A stretch of 64,000 bases of DNA. It comes from Eledone cirrhosa (taxonomy: Eukaryota). The stretch spans positions 57,288,001 to 57,352,000 of the forward strand of contig OZ024740.1 in NCBI GenBank assembly GCA_964016885.1, given 5' to 3'. Below are positions 56,221-64,000 of this stretch, piece by piece; the stretch's first letter is position 1; every line of letters starts with the position of its first letter. A program made the translations under genes and the position numbers. The notes beneath the pieces were generated by a model. It did not search any database. It was not told where the DNA came from and saw only the letters and a list, made by a program, of their open reading frames with translations.

Positions 56221-58419
56221 ATGGATTTCCACAATGCAAACTGGGAAGCGATCAGTCATGATCTTGCACATGTCGACTGGTCCTTCACGCACACTCATAC
56301 ACCCACTAACATCAAAAAGTCCTGGCAGACATTTGTGGACACTGTTACAAACATATGTGCTAAACACACCCCATTAAGAACTATAAACAAATCTAAGAGC
56401 AGAATCCCTAGATATAGAAAAACGCTCATCAGAAAAATTAAGAGAACGAACAAAAAAATCAACAAGCTGAAATACTGTCAGCAGCAACACATCAACTTGA
56501 CTGCCATTTCATCACTAGAGATTAAAAAACATAACCTCCAAAACAACATAATGTCCCTCATCAACAATCAGAGAAGAGCTGAAGAGGCCTGGGCCATTGA
56601 GAAGATCAAACTCAATCCCAAAGTGTTCTTTTCATTAGCAAAAAAACACAAAATCACTGGCTCTACTGTTGGCCCTCTAATTGATGAAAATGGCACTCTT
56701 CAAGACAATGCTAAAACCATGGGTGAGATACTGCAGAAACAATACTGCTCTGTTTTCAGCAATCCTGATATGGCCGATCTGGGCTGTATCGGCGATGTTA
56801 CTCCCCATTACACCTTATCGGACATAACGTTTGGCGCCCCTGATGTCCTGGCGGCAATAAAGGAAATCAAGCATAATTCAGCAGTAGGTCCCGATAGGTT
56901 CCCTGCTTGTGTCTTGAAGGCGTGTCAACACCAACTTGCATCTCCTCTTGCCAATCTGTGGCGGAACTCACTGGATGCTGGATATGTGCCAGAAAACCTT
57001 CTATCCCAGTCTGTTGTCCCAGTTTTCAAAAAGGTAAACAAATCCCTTGCCGTGAATTACCGTCCAATCTCACTCACCTCTCATATCATTAAGGTATTTG
57101 AGCGAGTGGTGAGATCGCGAATGACCCACTTCCTTGAGAGTAACAATATGCTGAACTCCAACCAGCATGGATTCCGTAATGGAAGGGATTGCCTGACGCA
57201 GCTACTGCATCACTTTGGTGACATTTCGAGAGCCTTGGGAGAGGGTTCCAACACTGATGTTATCTACCTTGATTTCAGCAAGGCCTTTGACAGGGTTGAT
57301 CATAACATTCTACTGAGAAAGCTGTCCAATATTGGTGTCACTGGAAAGCTGCTGCAGTGGATCAAGAGCTTCCTGTCAAACAGAACCCAACATGTTGTAG
57401 TTGAGGGAGTCAAATCAAGCCCAGCCAAAGTCAGTAGTGGGGTCCCACAAGGCACTGTGTTGGGCCCACTTCTCTTCATCATCTATATTAATGACATCAC
57501 TGACATCATCAAACACAGCAACATTAAAATTTTCGCTGATGATTCCAAGCTCCAAAAGGTCATCAATGGCGTGGATGACCGGATAAGCCTTCAGTCAGAC
57601 CTACTGGCTGTTACCCAATGGGCAGAAAAGAACAACATGTTACTGAACGAAGACAAATTTGAACTGATCCACTTTGGAAAAGAGGATGCTCTGAAACTCC
57701 CGTACTCCCTTCCCTCTGGGGAAACTCTCGTGGCATCTAACAACATCAGAGACTTGGGAGTAACCGTGGACAGCAACATAAGCTGGACCACGCATATAAG
57801 CAGCAAAGTTGACATGGCCCGCAGAATGTGTTCCTGGATCCTCAGAACCTTCCAGTCGAGAGATTCCCGCACCATTATCCTTCTCTTCTCTACTTTCGCC
57901 CGACCACACCTTGAATACTGTTGTCCACTGTGGTCTCCCCACACGAAACAAAGTATCATGAAACTTGAAGCTCCTCAAAGGGCAATCACGAAAAAGATAG
58001 ATGGCATGTCAGACCTTGACTACTGGGGTCGATTAGAAAACCTGAAACTTTACTCACTCCAACGTCGCCGTGAGCGTTATATTATCTGCATGATGTGGAA
58101 AATGTTCCATCATCACTGCCCAAATGATGTTGGCATCGCCTTCAAGATACACCCAAGGCTTGGGCCCCGTGCTATCCGTCCCATTCAAAAATCTAAATCG
58201 CAACTCATAACAACAATACGGCACAATTATTTCACCTCAATCGGCCCTGCTCTCTTCAACATCACACCAGGACACGTCAAAACAGAAACTGACCACACAA
58301 AATTCAAGAAGTCTTTGGACAAATTCCTCCAAGTAATCCCGGACAAACCACCCACACCCGGATATGTCTCCGCAAACAGTAATTCTCTTCTCGAATGGGC
58401 CATGGTGCCCAAATCCTGA
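56221..58419 (+). CDS. CR1-group reverse transcriptase
   Basis: GPDRFP, NYRPISLT, QHGFR, YLDFSKAFDRV, SGVPQGTVLGPLLF, FADDSK, RDLGV, LEYCCPLWSP. Confidence 0.93.
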   Translation: MDFHNANWEAISHDLAHVDWSFTHTHTPTNIKKSWQTFVDTVTNICAKHTPLRTINKSKSRIPRYRKTLIRKIKRTNKKINKLKYCQQQHINLTAISSLEIKKHNLQNNIMSLINNQRRAEEAWAIEKIKLNPKVFFSLAKKHKITGSTVGPLIDENGTLQDNAKTMGEILQKQYCSVFSNPDMADLGCIGDVTPHYTLSDITFGAPDVLAAIKEIKHNSAVGPDRFPACVLKACQHQLASPLANLWRNSLDAGYVPENLLSQSVVPVFKKVNKSLAVNYRPISLTSHIIKVFERVVRSRMTHFLESNNMLNSNQHGFRNGRDCLTQLLHHFGDISRALGEGSNTDVIYLDFSKAFDRVDHNILLRKLSNIGVTGKLLQWIKSFLSNRTQHVVVEGVKSSPAKVSSGVPQGTVLGPLLFIIYINDITDIIKHSNIKIFADDSKLQKVINGVDDRISLQSDLLAVTQWAEKNNMLLNEDKFELIHFGKEDALKLPYSLPSGETLVASNNIRDLGVTVDSNISWTTHISSKVDMARRMCSWILRTFQSRDSRTIILLFSTFARPHLEYCCPLWSPHTKQSIMKLEAPQRAITKKIDGMSDLDYWGRLENLKLYSLQRRRERYIICMMWKMFHHHCPNDVGIAFKIHPRLGPRAIRPIQKSKSQLITTIRHNYFTSIGPALFNITPGHVKTETDHTKFKKSLDKFLQVIPDKPPTPGYVSANSNSLLEWAMVPKS

Positions 58420-58600
58420 ATTGAAAGACTTCGCCAGGTGGTGCTATTAAGTTAGACATGGCCTGGGCCAATACTGGCCAAAACATTTCAAAGTTATTAT
58501 TCAAAGTTATATACATATACATATATACATATATATATATACATATATTATAATGAAATGACAGGAGGCTGGATTTGTGTAAATCCTTGAAAGGTTTATT

Positions 58601-58658
58601 ATACTATGATCATTTCAATGACCGGGTTCCGTATGAATCCGGTGATATCATCAGGTAT
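58601..58658 (-). ncRNA. Type I hammerhead ribozyme, family D
   Basis: Reverse complement of 58796-58853. Confidence 0.8.
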
Positions 58659-58795
58659 TCGAAATATAATACGTGAATGTAATAGATAAAATCCACGACC
58701 GGCTGAGGTTGAAGGAACAGAATAGAGGTCGCCCTCGGGTCCTCGATTTTCAGCCCCATGGATTTTATCTATTACATTCACGTATTATATTTCGA

Positions 58796-58853
58796 ATACC
58801 TGATGATATCACCGGATTCATACGGAACCCGGTCATTGAAATGATCATAGTAT
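58796..58853 (+). ncRNA. Type I hammerhead ribozyme, family D
   Basis: atac-CTGATGA-tatcaccggattc(atacg)gaacccggtcatt-GAAA-TGATCA-TA-gtat; stem I extends through tatt/aata. Confidence 0.82.
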
Positions 58854-59047
58854 AATAAACCTTTCAAGGATTTACACAAATCCAGCCTCCTGTCATTTCA
58901 TTATAATATTTAACTCCGTAATAGCACCACCAACTACAAAAACAAAGACGGCTGAACTGCTTTACGTTGAGTACTCTCTATATTATTGCATTACGATTGA
59001 CCATACGGAATAGACCAGCTCTATACAGTGGTGAACCTCAAACCTGA

Positions 59048-60550
<1,503 letters not shown>

Positions 60551-60668
60551 CGAAGAATTGTGGTAATTCCTTCGTTATCTAGCTCTTGTCTCCGTAGTAG
60601 ACCAATTTCCGACCCTACCACGACATATCCAGACTTGTCCGCCCCGCTCAAGTTTTTTTACCCGCACC

Positions 60669-60842
60669 ATGCGAAAACACAACATCGACTTCTCCACCAA
60701 GAACATCCCAGTTCCACTGAGAAAACTTTACCTTCGGATGCTCACGCAAAAAATCCACCTCTTTGCGAAAAGGCTAAGATGGAGAACTTTTTTCTGCGAC
60801 AGATACCGCGACAATCAGGACTTCGATACCGTCCAGAAATAG
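60669..60842 (+). pseudogene. N-terminal 57 codons of a Hydra-clade-like PLE ORF (not in the ORF track)
   Basis: MRKHNIDFSTKNIPVPLRKLYLRMLTQKIHLFAKRLRWRTFF resembles the S.KNIP.P..Y..L..K..F.KR.RW..FF start of such elements (from memory). Confidence 0.6.
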
Positions 60843-60885
60843 CCGTCGAAACGGCTTGAGCTGTGCCGTCAGGGTCATACTTGTT

Positions 60886-60941
<56 letters not shown>

Positions 60942-61433
60942 CGTATGTGTAATAATGTTAATTATATTAATTACCGTTTAATATCAACACTAAAACTTTA
61001 ACCAGATTTCTGCGTTTCGCTGTTCATAAGAATTTTTCTGCAAATAAATGTCATTTAAATGTCATTTAATCTGACTTTCTAGTAAAACGCTATGATAATA
61101 GTTACGTGACTTGGTACAGGTTTCATTTTTTTTATTTTCACCAGAATATTATTCTTAAACATTTAAGTGCTGTTTTATTTATTTAGTATTTTCACCTTGT
61201 TGTATAGTCACGTCATCTGCAAATTGATAAATTGGAAAAATTCTGAAGCTAAGAAATTGCCCCCGGTACAATTTTCTATTTGTTCACTCGGTAGAATCTT
61301 TTTTGTATTTATATCTCGGATTTGTTGAAGATGGACGTTCATCGGTTTTTGTAGATATCGCCAGTTATCCCGATGCAATTTGCTCCATATATGCACTCAC
61401 ACATACACACCCATACACCCTGCCCCCCCCCCC

Positions 61434-61465
<32 letters not shown>

Positions 61466-61563
61466 GTGGTGGAACACTGGAAGGTAATATCCGTAGTGGT
61501 AGAGCACTCAGTCCAAGGGACGAGTTAGGTAGAAGTATGGTGAACTAACTTTTGTGTAACCAC

Positions 61564-61660
<97 letters not shown>

Positions 61661-61705
61661 CGAAAAGTTATGAAACGAAAGGAGCTGTGTGGTTACTAAA
61701 AACAA

Positions 61706-61924
61706 GGTTTAGGATGGTGGTTAGGACGGAACAGGAGAAAGGGAGAAAGGAGTTTCCATCGTCAGCTGTAAACGTATCCCGAACCGATGTTTCGGCGCAC
61801 CCGAACTACACCGATGTCTTGTAATTCAGCGCCGAAACATCGGTTCGGGATACATTTACAGCTGACGATGGAAACTCCTTTCTTCCTTTCTCCCCCTGTT
61901 CCGTCCTAACCACCATCCTAAACC
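61706..61924. repeat. Inverted repeat (arms of about 93-96 bp, 30-bp spacer) between TA tracts; probable PLE-type inverted remnant
   Basis: 61706-61798 versus 61829-61924. Confidence 0.85.

Positions 61925-64000
<2,076 letters not shown>

Larger units (their letters stand above)
54441..58508 (+). mobile_element. Apparently full-length CR1-group LINE (about 4.1 kb) in a TA tract
   Basis: 5' leader with (CAA/CAG)n, CCCH-APE ORF, RT ORF, 3' end with repeated ttcaaagtta. Confidence 0.9.
58545..58908. mobile_element. Head-to-head inverted solo pseudo-LTR pair (family D)
   Basis: 58545-58695 is the inverted repeat of 58759-58908; the spacer is upstream pseudo-LTR sequence also seen at 24605-24669. 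Confidence 0.85.

Noticed and set aside
60940-61400. DNA transposon remnant
   Set aside because: No terminal inverted repeats or coding similarity could be shown
61855-61885. CTGACGA-tg-GAAA as a hammerhead
   Set aside because: No room for stem II and no stem I complement

Overview
Eukaryotic, extremely AT-microsatellite-rich DNA with no recognisable host gene. The SINE families and the repeat landscape point to an octopus/cephalopod genome (recognised from memory, not from a database search). The window is a nest of retroelements sitting in or beside (TA)n tracts: several Penelope-like elements (PLEs; RT plus C-terminal GIY-YIG, mostly Hydra-clade-like) with inverted pseudo-LTRs, RTE and CR1-group LINEs, a degenerate Ingi/Vingi-like LINE, SINE fragments, a non-autonomous Helitron and a 27-bp minisatellite. 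Reading the non-coding DNA on both strands gives 17 type I hammerhead ribozyme motifs from about 9 sequence families. Four families of dissimilar sequence share one unusual architecture: U at 11.1, a C.Y mismatch at base pair 4 of a long stem II, a U-N4-A (near-)palindromic stem III and an AUA cleavage site. Other highlights are an ORF-less 465-bp tandem hammerhead repeat (retrozyme/circRNA candidate), a bipartite internally deleted RTE, a PLE RT with a long insertion between motifs A and B', a PHD finger inside an RTE RT, and CCCH fingers fused to a CR1 endonuclease. A probable false duplication flanks a 200-N gap. All folds were done by eye and none of the ribozymes is shown to be active.
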